Positions 38,001-51,600 of a stretch of 64,000 bases of DNA are shown here, piece after piece. Origin of the DNA: Lingula anatina (Eukaryota; Animalia; Brachiopoda). Positions within the stretch are counted from its first letter, which is position 1; every line of letters begins with the position of its first letter. The position numbers were made by a program, and so were the translations under genes. The stretch lies in NCBI GenBank assembly GCA_051362555.1, contig CM120641.1, positions 7,998,001 through 8,062,000 on the forward strand, read 5' to 3'. The notes under the pieces are model-generated. The model saw only the letters and a program-made list of their open reading frames with translations, was not told where the DNA came from and made no database searches.

Positions 38001-41000
38001 TGCTTATTTTACATTCAAGAGACGGTGGCAGACAGTGTCATCTCCCATAAGTCCATTTACCACTCCCATGAGCCCCATAGTTGAAGCCTGCTATGTTATA
38101 TCTTGCAAATCTTTTTTCTTCATTCATTAGTATCAGTAGTATCAATGAGCATGTCTGTGCCAGTTTAGGAGATATAAGGGATGGAAATTTTGCAAAGTTC
38201 AGTTCATGGTGAGTTTGAGGATCAGCAGCAGATGCTTTAATGCACTGTGGGGAAGGCACTTCCATCAATGCAATATTGCAAAAATTTGATTGTATATTTG
38301 GGGAAATTGTAACCCTAGATGTTGCATGGGAAAAGTTTTTCTCAGCAACCCCATAGAGTAGTAAATTGGGCTTCTCATAAAAAATAGTCACATTTTGATA
38401 CGATCAGTAGAGTTGATCCCGAAGTGAAGGACAGAAAAAAAAAACTTCATAAAATTCTACATTTGAAATTTTTTTTTTTGTGGATTGTTTTCAGTCAACA
38501 TTAAGCATTTATTGAGGCATCATACCATTCTGGGGAAGGTTTTCAGGAATTGATGGCAAGTGCATGTATGGCAGAGTTAGAATTTTCAGGGTCCTGTGAA
38601 ACTTCTTCATCCCAAGGTAAGCCTGAGTCTGACATTTTCAAGGACTTGATTAAACAAGTAGAAATGTTAGCTTCTGGAATATCAGATTTAGAACACTGAT
38701 TCAGTTGATAGTTCTCAATGGCAAAGACAAAGATGTGTTAAATATGAATAGGAAATTAGATTTGATGGTATCAGGCATGGAAAAAATTGGCCATTGGGTA
38801 AGTGATTTGGAGTGATAAATGAGTGAGTCAATGTGTAAAAATGTCAAGTTGATTGTATGCTTTAAGTGTAATCAAGACGGATATTTCTTCCAGGTGTCCT
38901 TTAAACGCACTAGGACCTTCGGTTCCGGGGTCCACACCCTAAATCCAGTAAAGCAGGCCTCAGTAGTTGGTAAAGCAAATGAAACAAAGGTATGCAAATG
39001 AAACAAAGGTGTTGATGGCATAGCATGTAATGCTTTCATAGACACCAGTTCAATGGTTTCAGCCATATCAGAACATTTTGTGAAAGAGTGGTTAGGGAGA
39101 GATATCCTTTTAAAAGAGCTAATGAATGTAGAATCATCAGGGAGACAGATAGCACCTTACGTAGGATCTATTGAAGTAACTGTGAGTTTGCAGACTTATA
39201 ACGCCATAAGAGAAATCACATCTATTTTGCTAGTACATGTACTTCCGAGTAGTGCCGCTTAGATCCAAAAGGTGCCAGTGTCAGGCCTACCCAACTACCA
39301 GACTCGGCACCAAATGATCCTGAATTCACCAGTAGATCAGACCATACTACCCGTTTTCAAGGTGTGTGTCAGATCGCATTACACAGTATCATACCCTGAA
39401 CAAATTTTGAGTGGTGATGCAATGCTTTTCAACCCCGCTGAGAAACGTCACTATCACATCGCGTACTAGGCAAGAGCGGTGTCGCATCTGATACTGTGTA
39501 ATGCGATCTGACACACACCTAGAAAACGGGTAGTGTGGTCTGATCTACCGGTGAATTCAGGATCATTCGGTGCCGAGTCTGGTAGTTGGATAGGCCTGAG
39601 TGTACATAAGCACTAATACTTTGTGCTATGGAAAGGGTGGGGAGGATGATAGAAGGAAAAGAGAATTGCTTACAAATTGTTGGGAATTGGCGTACAAATC
39701 AATGGACATTGGTAAGGTTGGAAGTAAGCATTCAGTTAAAATAAATACAAGCGAAACTAAAATAATTAATGGGATATGTAAAAGGGACATTATAGTGAAC
39801 AATACAAACGCAGTCCTGTAACCAAGTGATCGAAATCCCAGGCCTGGGGGTTAGATAATGCACCCTTGTTTAGTAAGTATGAAAGGTAGACCAAATGAAA
39901 TACCTGTAGTTATTACAAATTTCTCAATACCAAGAAAGTCCATTTTATGTAATGTCAATAGAGTGTGCAACGTATCGTCCATGCTCAATGAAAGTGGAGA
40001 TTCCACTAGAAGTTGCGACGGTCTTCGTGCTCTGAATCAGTTATAGGCGGATATGATATGTTGGAGAGAACACATTTAACTGATGCAGAAAAAAGGGAAG
40101 TAGACCAATTGCTTTATGAATATCATGACGTTTTTGTGAAGGGTGATACTGACATCTGTACAACAAATTTGGTCAAACATAAAATTCGACTGACAAACCA
40201 TACTCTCTTCAGAGACAAGTACAAGAGAATCCTGGAAGGTATGTATGATGAAATTCGATATGAATTAATAACAAGGCAGCAAAGCTGTCAAATGTACAGA
40301 CAAAAAGCAGGAAATAACTATGCACAAAATAGGCTACTGTCAATTCTGATGCAAAAGATGCATGGTTTTTCTTAAATGGTCATCATGGGAGCAGTGCCCA
40401 AAATAGGTTTTTTTCAAATTTTGATGCAATATTACATAACGTTTAACAGCATAATGACCATCAATTTTTAATAATAAAATATTAGTATCATGGATATTCA
40501 GAAAATGTGACTAGCAAAGGTCTTCAGGCCCATGGAACTTCAAAAGTCACAACTTGAAAATGCCAAAATGTAAACAAGACAGCACTGTTCTGAAATGTTT
40601 TTTTCCATTTTTAACAATTTTTAACATAAAACAAAATTAACAGTTAACTGCTATTTTTATATGGTCAACTAGGAAAATTGATGAGATGGGAAAAATATCA
40701 AAAGAGCAGTGTTAAATGTCCAATTTCTTCCATTCTGAGATACTGAACATAGTGAATGATTGAATCTGACAAACTGCAATGATATGAGTTTATTTCCATT
40801 TTTGAAACTTTATTACACAATACACCATAACAAGTTTACCATCATTTTTACATAATCAACTAACAATGTTGTAAAGATGCAGGAAATGTCAAACAAACAC
40901 TTTTACATATATTATTAATTAAATAATGAAACTGTTAACATGCCTAAGAATTGAATCTGAGGAAATGTGAAAAAACATTTTCGAACTGTGAAATGTGAAA

Positions 41001-42104
41001 AGTTAACCAATTAGATTTCAAATTACACAAAATCATTACGTTTTTGCATCTCTGTCTTAATGAGACATGTTACCTCTGTAAGCCCAAGTGTATTTGTGAC
41101 ATGTCTTTGAACTAATTGTTTTCTTACACGCTGTCGGTTTGAAACCCAATACTTGTCTGGCATGAAGTCATTTGTGGAAAACAGCCTAGAAGAAAAAAGA
41201 CATGATTCAGTAATGAAAAATTGCACAAAAGAAAATGAATGGTACCTTTAAAATAATAGCATTCTCCTTTAATCTTTGTAAGCAAATGTGTTTGACCACC
41301 TAAGTTACTTTCATATATTTGTTAGTGCAGACTGCAATCAGATATCAGAAAGAAGATTTCGCAGATAATTGTCCAATATACCGTCTTGGTGTGGTGTTCC
41401 TGGTTGTACAGGATATCAAGTAGCCACACTCAATGTGCATCATTTGCTTAGTAGATTAATATAAATCATCATCGGAGAACAATGTGTAAGAAGCACAATG
41501 TTCCATCATTTTACAAGCACACACCGTGTTTTATTTATTTATTTTTTTTTTTGGAAAGTTATAGTTTTTTGCACATTGGCTTTTTTTGCATATTGGCATT
41601 TTCAACTTGGGGACTTGGCATGAAGCCCTATGGTAGCTATGTTTTGTGAATATTCATAATACTTATAGTATATCATTACAAATTGGTGGTGATTATGCTG
41701 TTAAGCATTATGCAATACTGCTTCAAAAATGATGAAAACGCTTTTTTTGGGCACTGCCACTATATTGACCATTTCAAGTTGTGTTTCAGTCCCATGAATC
41801 TGTAAGTTGTTATGTGTACAAAATAAGGTTTTCTGCAATTTTGATGCAATCTTACATAATACTTAACAGCATAATCAGCACCAATTTTAATTAACATAGA
41901 TATTTAAAAAATGTAACTAGCAAAGGCCTTCAAGTCCATGGAAGTTCAAAGTCACATCTAAAAAAATGCCAATATGTGATTAATGACCATTTCACAAACA
42001 TCTGCACAACTGCCAGAAAAATTATCTGATCATGCATATATTAGGACTCGGCCTGTATTTTACTAATATGGATGGTGCTGATGATGACAGGTGCAGGTGA
42101 TGGC

Positions 42105-42158
<54 letters not shown>

Positions 42159-45100
42159 TATTTATTTTGAGTCTAAACTCCATATTAATATGTTCATTAG
42201 ACTTTACAAATATGTACATACAAATAACAGGTAGACAACTGGTCATAACACACTGTGTACACGATCTCGCCTCCCTGTACAAACAGGTTGCATCTACCAG
42301 AGAGATTAAGCTTACAGAGAGACCATACAAATGGTACCCTGGAGAGGCATTGAACTTCATTTAAAACTAGGGTTTAAAAAACCATTTAAGTCTAATTTTG
42401 CCCCTGAATCAATTTATATCATGACGGTTCTAGTGCAGCAAAGCAGTTCAAAATCAACCTGGTAGATGAACATATAACAGCAAAAAGACCAAGTGCAATT
42501 AACAGTTTAAAAATATTTTTGTTTCTTAGGCCACAGGTGAATATTTCATACTCACTCAAATAAACTGTTTATGTCTTCTATAAAATCTTCCCCAATTGTC
42601 TGGATCCAAGGACTCATAAATCTTCCTGCAATCAACATTACAGGCTCTACTTCCAGCCCTAACCTCTGAAGAAGATTTCTGCGTTGAAGGAGTACTGTAC
42701 AAACACCCTGCAAAGAAATAAATGTTAAACAAAGCAGAAAAGTTGTCAAATGTACAGACAAAAAACAGAAAATATTAATGCACAAAATATGTTACTGTCA
42801 ATTCTGATGCAATAATACATTGTGCTTGACTGAAAAGTTAACATTAAATTGTAATTATGCACAACAGGTAATGCCGATGTAAATAAAATATGTAACAAGC
42901 ATAAGAATTCAGGCCCATTAGAGTTCAAGTTCACACTTTGAAAATGCCAGATTGAGAAATAAACTGGACATCAAAGCTGATAAATTACAGACACCATATA
43001 GGAAACAAGGCAGCAAAGCTGTCAAATGTTCAGATATTACATAGAACAAAGTGCACAAAATAATGTTTCAGCCAATTTTGATGCACTGTTACATAATGCT
43101 TTAAAATAGTACAATCATTCATACTCTCCTACATATGTACTTGAGGAGACATAGATATTGAAAACCTAGCAAGTGATTAAATTCCATGTGATATTAAAGC
43201 AATAATAACTCTTCCTTTGAGATTCAAAATTCCGCAAGAAATACATTGTAAACAATGCATGGAAATATATTCTATTGCATTTTACCACTAAAACGGTCGT
43301 TATTGTAGTAAAACTAAAATCTGTGCTTGTCAATATGGCTTTCGATGCCTTTCTTCCCGGTCGTTAAGGCAACCGTTGCCAATGACGTTTGGGTGTCACG
43401 CGGATTCTTGCATTCATTTGAGACCAAAATAACATCTGGTGCCAAACGCCTGATGCAATATGCAGATGTAAGTTGCGAGTTTCTGTACAGTGCGTCAGAT
43501 AACGAATAGTCCAGAATTGCACACATTGTAGATATAAATGCATTTTGAGCAATAAGACAAATGATCTTATGAATCTTACATTATTGTTACATAGTGCTGT
43601 TGTTGTCTGCTTTTCCCGCCGTTTTAAGTAGGTCACCAGAAACTATCGCTTGATATCGCGTGACTATGCAATGACAGAGAGGGCTCCGTCAGTTAAAATC
43701 TCTTAAGAGATTAGGAAACGTTTAGGGAAAAAACCCTGGACTAACTTTGAATGCAGGAATGGGGTTGTTGACCATTGGTAAGTATGGGAAAATTGTCGTT
43801 TACTCCAGGAAATCCAAATTTTTGGCTAAAACAAAGAGTTATTATGGCTTTAAAGGCACTGAAAATGTTGTGTGAAAAAAAAAATTACCAGTACATTTAA
43901 AGTAAAACCAAAATACAGTTTGGCAGCTATGGGATGAATGTCACCAAAATTGTGCAAAAAAAAAAAACAACAAAAAACAAAAAACAAAATCATTACCATA
44001 AATGTAAAACCCATGCCAAATTTGAGCAGTATGTTAATCCTACGAATCATTCTTGCAATTTAAAAAAATAATAACTAACAAAGTTTTCTTTTCATAACAT
44101 TTGTGGTGGCGTAACGTGACTGAGTGTCCCCAATGAATGAGTCCGGTCACTGGTGGTACAAATAACCCATTTTCTTTCATTTTTATATGATCAACTAACA
44201 AAATTACTGAGATGGGAAAAATATCAATACAACAATTTTAAAGTGCCCAACTTGCTATATTCTGAAATTCAGTGAAGGATTGAATCTGACAAACTGCAAT
44301 GCTATGAGCTTATATCCATATCTGTCACTTTATTACACAATACACGAAAACAGGTTTACCGTTTTTATCTAATCAACTAACAAAATTGCTAAGATATAGG
44401 AATTGTCAAAAGAATACTTACATATCTAATTAGTTCAATAATGAGACTGTTAACATCCCTATGAATTAAATCTGAGGAAAAACCATGCACTTACATACGA
44501 AAAAGGCATAACTTTATCAAAACTTATTTGATCAAGCTTATTTTTTAACTTGATCTGTTTATTAGTCCTATGAATCAGTCATTCAAGTTATTTAGCAAAA
44601 ATATGACATGGTTCTCATGTTATCACTATAATGGTGGACAAAATATGCTGAAAAAAAGCAGAAAAACAGCACAAGTTTTGTAAAAATGGTCTGATAATGA
44701 TTTTCAAACTTGATCTATATTTAAGTGACTGATCACACCTGTGAGTTTCCACACAATACACTTATCTGTCTTCCTTGAAATGTGTTATCAATCAGTGTTT
44801 CAAATATGCTGAAGACAGCAAAAAAACTTTTGAAAATATAGACTAATCATGCTGATTTTTGAACTCGATCTGTATTTTAGGAATATTTACCAGTTCCTTA
44901 AGTTTGAAGACAAAAGGTAAAACGGTTTTCCAGTTATCGTGTTATCACTGAAAGTGCATGGTAACAATGGTGAGGACAACAGCAGGGACAGTGACAACAA
45001 TAAAAGAGACAGGTGACAGTAATATGTACAGACATATCTGTCTGTGCATAAAAACAATTAAGCATCCAATAAGTAAGAAGTTATATATATATATTTTTTT

Positions 45101-48100
45101 TTTAATATTAGAGATATGTGCAAGTAAATACTGCATTTACTTCTTCTTTTTCTTCTTCTTCTTCTTCTTATTATTATCATTAAATAAATAAATAAATAAC
45201 ATACCATGTGATGGTCTATATGCAAATGTGATATGTAGATAGCCTTCAGTTTTGCCATGACATCTACTACTTTATCACCATAGAAACGGACAAGTTGCGC
45301 ATAAGTTCCCTCTCCACAATCTAACAGGATGCTTTCATCAGAACTGAAGTATAATGACATTTATTTAATATTGTCAAAAGCATGTATGGACACAGTAAAC
45401 TGTTTAAAAAGTAAAGGAAATAGGAAGCTTAAAGGCTGTTAGGTATTTGCCATGGTATGTCATGTAACAAAATAATAAACTAGATAAATATGAATAGAAA
45501 CCATATGCTGAAGTTTATTAGCACAAAAATAACTTCCATTTACATCCAGATTTAGAACATGGTCATCAAATGTCCAGTTTATCAGCTGAAAAATGAGTCT
45601 AAAAAATAATTAGAGCTACAGGTTGAACAAGGTAGCAAAGCAGAAAATAAAGATGCAGGAAATAGGTCATTTTGTCAATTTTGATGCAATAATAATAATA
45701 ATACTTATAACAGCACACTCAATGAACACTAAATTTAAATGCACAACAGGTAACATGGTCAATAAGATTCAGGACCAAGAGAATTTAAATTCACATAAAG
45801 AAAATCCCAATATGTGAAAAATGATGACAATGCATAAAAGTATTACATAATGTTTAACTGCATAAACACCAAAACTATTGCTTATGTGGAAATACAGAAA
45901 ATGTGCAAAGCTTCAGGTAAATGGGAGTTAAAAGTCACATCTTGAAAATGCAAGTGGTTGAAAACAAAACTTAACATAACATAACAAAAATATTCCAATA
46001 AAGCTGTTATTCAAACTTTTAATCTATCTGTATTAACATGATATGAATAGCTCAATGAGTTTGAAGATATAAGGCACTGTTATTCATCTATAGCATTAAT
46101 GTTGGTATTACACGGAATAGTCTTTTCTTTGGTAAACTTATTTGCAATATTAAACAGCATTTACCTGCATAATTATCATTGATTCCTAATTATGTGACAG
46201 TTTATTTAGACTTTCACAAACTGTATTTGGCAGACAGCTAAACCTATGGGAGTTTACAGTGAAATCTCAACATGTGTAATCTAATTTAATCGCCACTTGA
46301 AACTTAATTAGACAAGTAACTTAATACCTCTGAACTTAGCTAGTGATTACCCAAGAGGACAATTACAGACTGACCACTCTTTGTATCCATATAGCACCAA
46401 AGACTGTGAAAAATAAAAAATTCATAAAGAATTGCATTGCTTCCAAAACAAAAACAAACACACTGATCTTCCAACATGAGCTGCACTTCAGGCCTATGAA
46501 TCTATTCAGTAAGTTTGAGAATTGTAAGTAACATGGTTTTCCTGCAATGGTCATCATGGCAGCAGTGCCAAAATAGGGTTTTCTTCAACTTTTATGCAAT
46601 TTTACATAATGTGTAACATCATTATGACCATCGATTTTCAATAATAAAATAAAGGTATCATCGATATTCAGAAAATGGGACTAGCAAAGGTCTTTAAGCT
46701 CATGGAGGTTCAAAGTCACACTGTGAAAATGCCAATACGTGAAAAATGAAAGTTTCACAAACACCTGTATAACTTCCTAAAAAATTAACCAATCAGACTT
46801 GTTTTCCAGCTTAAGCTGTATTCAAGTCCTATGCTTCTTTCATGTAAGTGTGAGAAGGGTAAGTGGCATATTTTCCTTTAATGGTTACTATGGCAGCAGA
46901 ACCCAAAATAGGGTTTTCTTCAATTTTGATGCAATATTATATTATGCTTTCACAGCATAGTCACCAACAATCTTTAATAATGCACTGTAGATAACATGGA
47001 TATTTAGAAAATGTGACTAGCAAAGGTCTTCAGACCCATGAAATTTCTCAGTCACACCTTGAAAATGCCAATATGTACAGAATATGTAAACAAGCAATCA
47101 ATGTACTGTAACGAGTTTCTTTCCATTTTCACCATTTTTACATAAAACAAAATCAATTTACTGTCATTTTTATATGATCAACTAAAAAATTGTTGAGATA
47201 GGAAAAATTTTAATAGAACAATTTTGAAGTGCAATTTGATCCATTCTAAGATTCTGAACATAGTGAATGATTGAATCTGACAAACTGCAATGATATGAGT
47301 TTATTTCCATTTTTGAAACTTTATTACACAATACACAATAACATGTTTACCATCCTTTTTACATAATCAACTAACAATGTTGTTAGTTGATTATAGAAAC
47401 TAACAATATTGTTAAGATGCAGAAAATGTCAAAAGAACATTTTGACATGTTTAATTAGTTCAATAATGAAACTATTAACATGCTTAAGAATTAATGTATG
47501 ACATACAGTTCAAGGTAGGAAAATATTACACCAATCAGTTCAGCAAAGAACTTATGATATGGCTTGAAAAGCACAGACATTTAAAACACAAAAAGTTTTA
47601 AGGTTGACATGGTTCTGAGGACCAGCCCATAATTCTGAACAGTTGGGGTTGTAGGCATTACAGCATAGTGTAGTATCAAAAGACAATTTTAACTGTATCT
47701 CTTATCCTTGGTGTTGTGGCACAATAGACAGCATCTAATTTCATTTTCATTTGTTGATTTCCTCACCTAAGATGCACTAAAATGCTGCTGACATTTCTCC
47801 GCAAATTTGGTCGCGAGGCTCCTGTTCCAAGAAAAATAATTTCTGGGAATTCTTTCTTTTCTGTGATTCCTAACAATAAATAAATAAATAAATGAATTAA
47901 CCTATATCAGATAACAAAGCTGTCAAATGTACAGATCAATATGTCACAGAGCTGTTTAAAAATCAGCAGGTATCTTATGAAATATTGAGAATTATTCTAA
48001 TATTATAACTCAAGGAAATAGTATGCTTCATGGAATATAGGCGAAGGAGAATGAATTGAAGATGAAATTTATTGAAGGTGTTTATCTGCTCCTGTAAGCT

Positions 48101-48661
48101 TGAAGTAATACAATATTCTGAAGTTGACCATGGCTTTTTTAACAAGGCAGCAAAGCTGTCAAATGTACACACAAAAAGCAGAAAATAAAGCTGCACAAAA
48201 TAGGGACAATTACAGACTGACCACAGGCTGACCACCCGTTGTAGCTGTAAAGCTCCAAAGATTATGTAAAAAATTTCATACAGAACTGCATTGCAACCAA
48301 ACAGAAAGTAATCACACTGATTATTCAACACAAGCTGCACTTCAGTCCTTTGAATCTTTTCAGTAAGTTTGAGAATCATAAGTAACATGGTTTTCCCTTA
48401 ATGGTTATCATGGCAATAGTGTCCTAAATAGGATTTTCTTCAAGTTTTATGCAATATAGCATAATGCTTAACAGCAGGGTGGCCATCAATTTTTTATAAT
48501 AAAATTATCATGGGTATTCCATAAGCTTGAAGACAAAAGGTAAAAAAGTATTCCACGTATCATGTAAACACTGGCCCACCCTGCCTCTTTAGCCACCCAG
48601 TAAATTTAATGTAAACAAAAATATGGTTTGGCAGTTATGGGGCAAACATCACCAAAATTGT

Positions 48662-48694
<33 letters not shown>

Positions 48695-51600
48695 GGAGTA
48701 ATTACCATAAATGTACACTGATCATGCCCATTTTGCTTCTTTGCCAAACAAAGCTACACAGTAAATTTAATGTAAAACAAAAGTATGGTTTGACAGTTAT
48801 GGGGTGAACGTCACCAAAATTGTGCAAAAATGAGAATAATTACTGTAAATGTAAACCCATTTAGCATTATGCTAATTTTTGAAAGCAACTTGCTTCTTTG
48901 CCAAACAAAGTCAGTCAGCAATTTTACAGTAAAACAAAAATATGATTTGGAAGTTGTGGGATGACGATAACCATTGAAAGCTGAACAAGTGATAAAGGGC
49001 CGAGGCATGCAGCACCTATTCACTGGCTTGAAAATTTACTGAGCTTTTCCAATGACATGGTTGAACAATCAGAACCAAAAAAATTCTGTTGCATGATTTT
49101 GACTTTTGTTCTAAATGTTTCAGCCCAGAAAAAATAATTTTAGAAAATAATTTTTTGGTCGGATTGATTAGACTGTTCAAACTATTTGAGCAACTACCGT
49201 ATGTTCACACATATGGTACTTGTACATAAAAATAGCATAGCATCATTCAAATAAAAGAAAATAATTACCTTTTTTAAATGTTGCTGTTTTCTTTTTTACT
49301 TCCTTTAGAACTTTCTCGGCTTCAGAACTTATCCAAACTTCACCATTGGTAGTATTTTTAGAATCATTCATTCTAGAAATAAAACCATTGCCTTTTTAAA
49401 GTCAAAGCAACAATTAATTTTACAAATTAGAGTTGACATATATTAATTGACAAGTACAATACAAATGCTAAACTTAATACTCTGACTCTGTAAAATGATG
49501 TAGACTACAATGCAATATGTTATTATAACGACATGAATGAGTATGATATGGTCCCTGAGGATTGTCTGCCAAGCCAAAAGACAGGTGCAGAAAATCTCCA
49601 TAACTAAGTCAGATATCAAGAAATTTGGTATAATTGACAAAAAAGTTTGATCCACAAAATGTTTCCTTTTAAAATTTTTGTTCATGTAATATGCACCCCT
49701 AATTAGGATGTTCCATTGAACAAAGGCATTATTTCACCTTTTGGCTGTCAGTGATAAAATCAGTAGTGAGTCTTTCAAAATTAATTCCAGGCTATAAATT
49801 GTAGAACTTATAAGTATGATAAAATTGGTGTTAAATCTGTGTTAATTGCTGTTCAGGCAAAGAAAATTAGCCCAAATTCTAAAATGCAATTTCTAAGACC
49901 CCATTCCCATAGATTTTAGATCGATTTATCCCTGTGGGGAGTCTCACTAGATTACTGTCAGCTTAGTTGGCTTAAGCATCTGTCCCGCCTACTAAAAGCT
50001 GTAAAGTGGTAATTAACTATGGTGCGCGCTCGGCTGACTGCAATTTAGTGTGAACCCCCAGGGAGTTAGGTCGATCTTAATCTCTGTATCGATCTAAATC
50101 TCTGTGAATGCACCCTAACACACAAACACTGTTGTTAGGTCATCAGCTTGAACTAGCAAAATGTGACAGCATTATCTCATTACATGACAAAGGTTATTTT
50201 CTGCATTATCTAAGCAGGTACAGAATTAAATCAGAACATTTTTATCAAGCATAATACCCCTCATACTTACATCTTAAATCCCTTCTTTTCAGCAGGTCTG
50301 TAGGTATAAACCAAGTCGGTTGTGGCTTTTACAAAATTCTCATTGATTTCTGGGTCTGTTGGTAGTTTGAGTTCCTGCAAAATAGGCTGAAATAGATTAT
50401 TCTAGGAATTTTCTAACCAAAGTCAACTTAACCCTTTTGAACACAAATTCCAATTGAGAAATTATTATTATTATTAATTTTTTTCTTTTTCAAACCTGAA
50501 AACTTTACTTTAAAATGTCTTTAATCAATTTGGTGTTGTACAATAAAGGCTACCACCAGTGGATGTTGAAAAAAAAAGACAATGAACTAGAGGATCAGAG
50601 AGGCGATACCGCCTCCGAATATTGTACCACCAGCTGGAGCAAGCGCATTCGTATAGACCCCCACATACACAAAGTAAGGGACACAGCCACCAGTCTTGTG
50701 CTTGACAAGCTGTAAAAATGCAATCAACAAGAATTTTCAAAATATGCAAAAAATATATATAACTTAAAATGGTACAATCAAAGTGAATTCATCGTAAGGT
50801 AGGTCAAAGGTCAATTTCAAGGTCACAGTAAATTGCCAGTATATGACTTCCTATTCAAGTTTAATAGTAACTATGGACCTATCTCTGCCAGTTTTGAAGA
50901 TAAAAGGGAAGCAAAATTCGCAAAGTTCAGTTCATGGTGAAAAGTAGGCCAAAGGTCAATTTTAAGGTCACATTTAGATTGCCAGTATATGACTTCCTAT
51001 TCAACTTCAATAGTAACTATAGACCTATCTCTGCCAGTTTTGGAGATTAAAGGGAAGCAAAATTTGCAAAGTTCAGTTCATGGTGAAAAGTAGGTCAAAG
51101 GTCAATTTCAAGGTCACAGTAAGATTGCCAGTATATGACTTCCTATTCAACTTCAATAGTAACTATGGACCTATCTCTGCCAGTTTTGGAGATATAAGGG
51201 ACTAAATGTTATAATTTTGGAGTTACCATAATGTGCCATAAATTTCCTACAGAAAAAATTAATTAAAATAAAGAAAAGGTTATTTTGGTCAAAATTCTTG
51301 AAATGGGAGGTGTTCTGAAGTTCGAGATGTTCAAATTTGATGATATAATGTCATTTTTGACCACGAGTTGTCTGCTTTGCCAAGCCTTATGTTTTATTTT
51401 TCTGAATTCAAAATTTATTATCCATTACCGTACTGCACATTTTGCTTTCACCACCAATGTACTTTTTTAAACAGCGTATCTTTGGAGACAAAAGGGAAGC
51501 AAAATTTGCAAAGTTCAGTTCATGGTGAAAAGTAGGTCAAAGGTCAATTTTAAGGTCACATTTAGATTGCCAGTATATGACTTCCTATTCAAGTTCTATA

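Noticed and set aside
41246-41299. Candidate ELAC2 exon ([18 protein letters not shown])
   Set aside because: Wrong phase (gives a stop); 41074-41185 fits both phase and homology.
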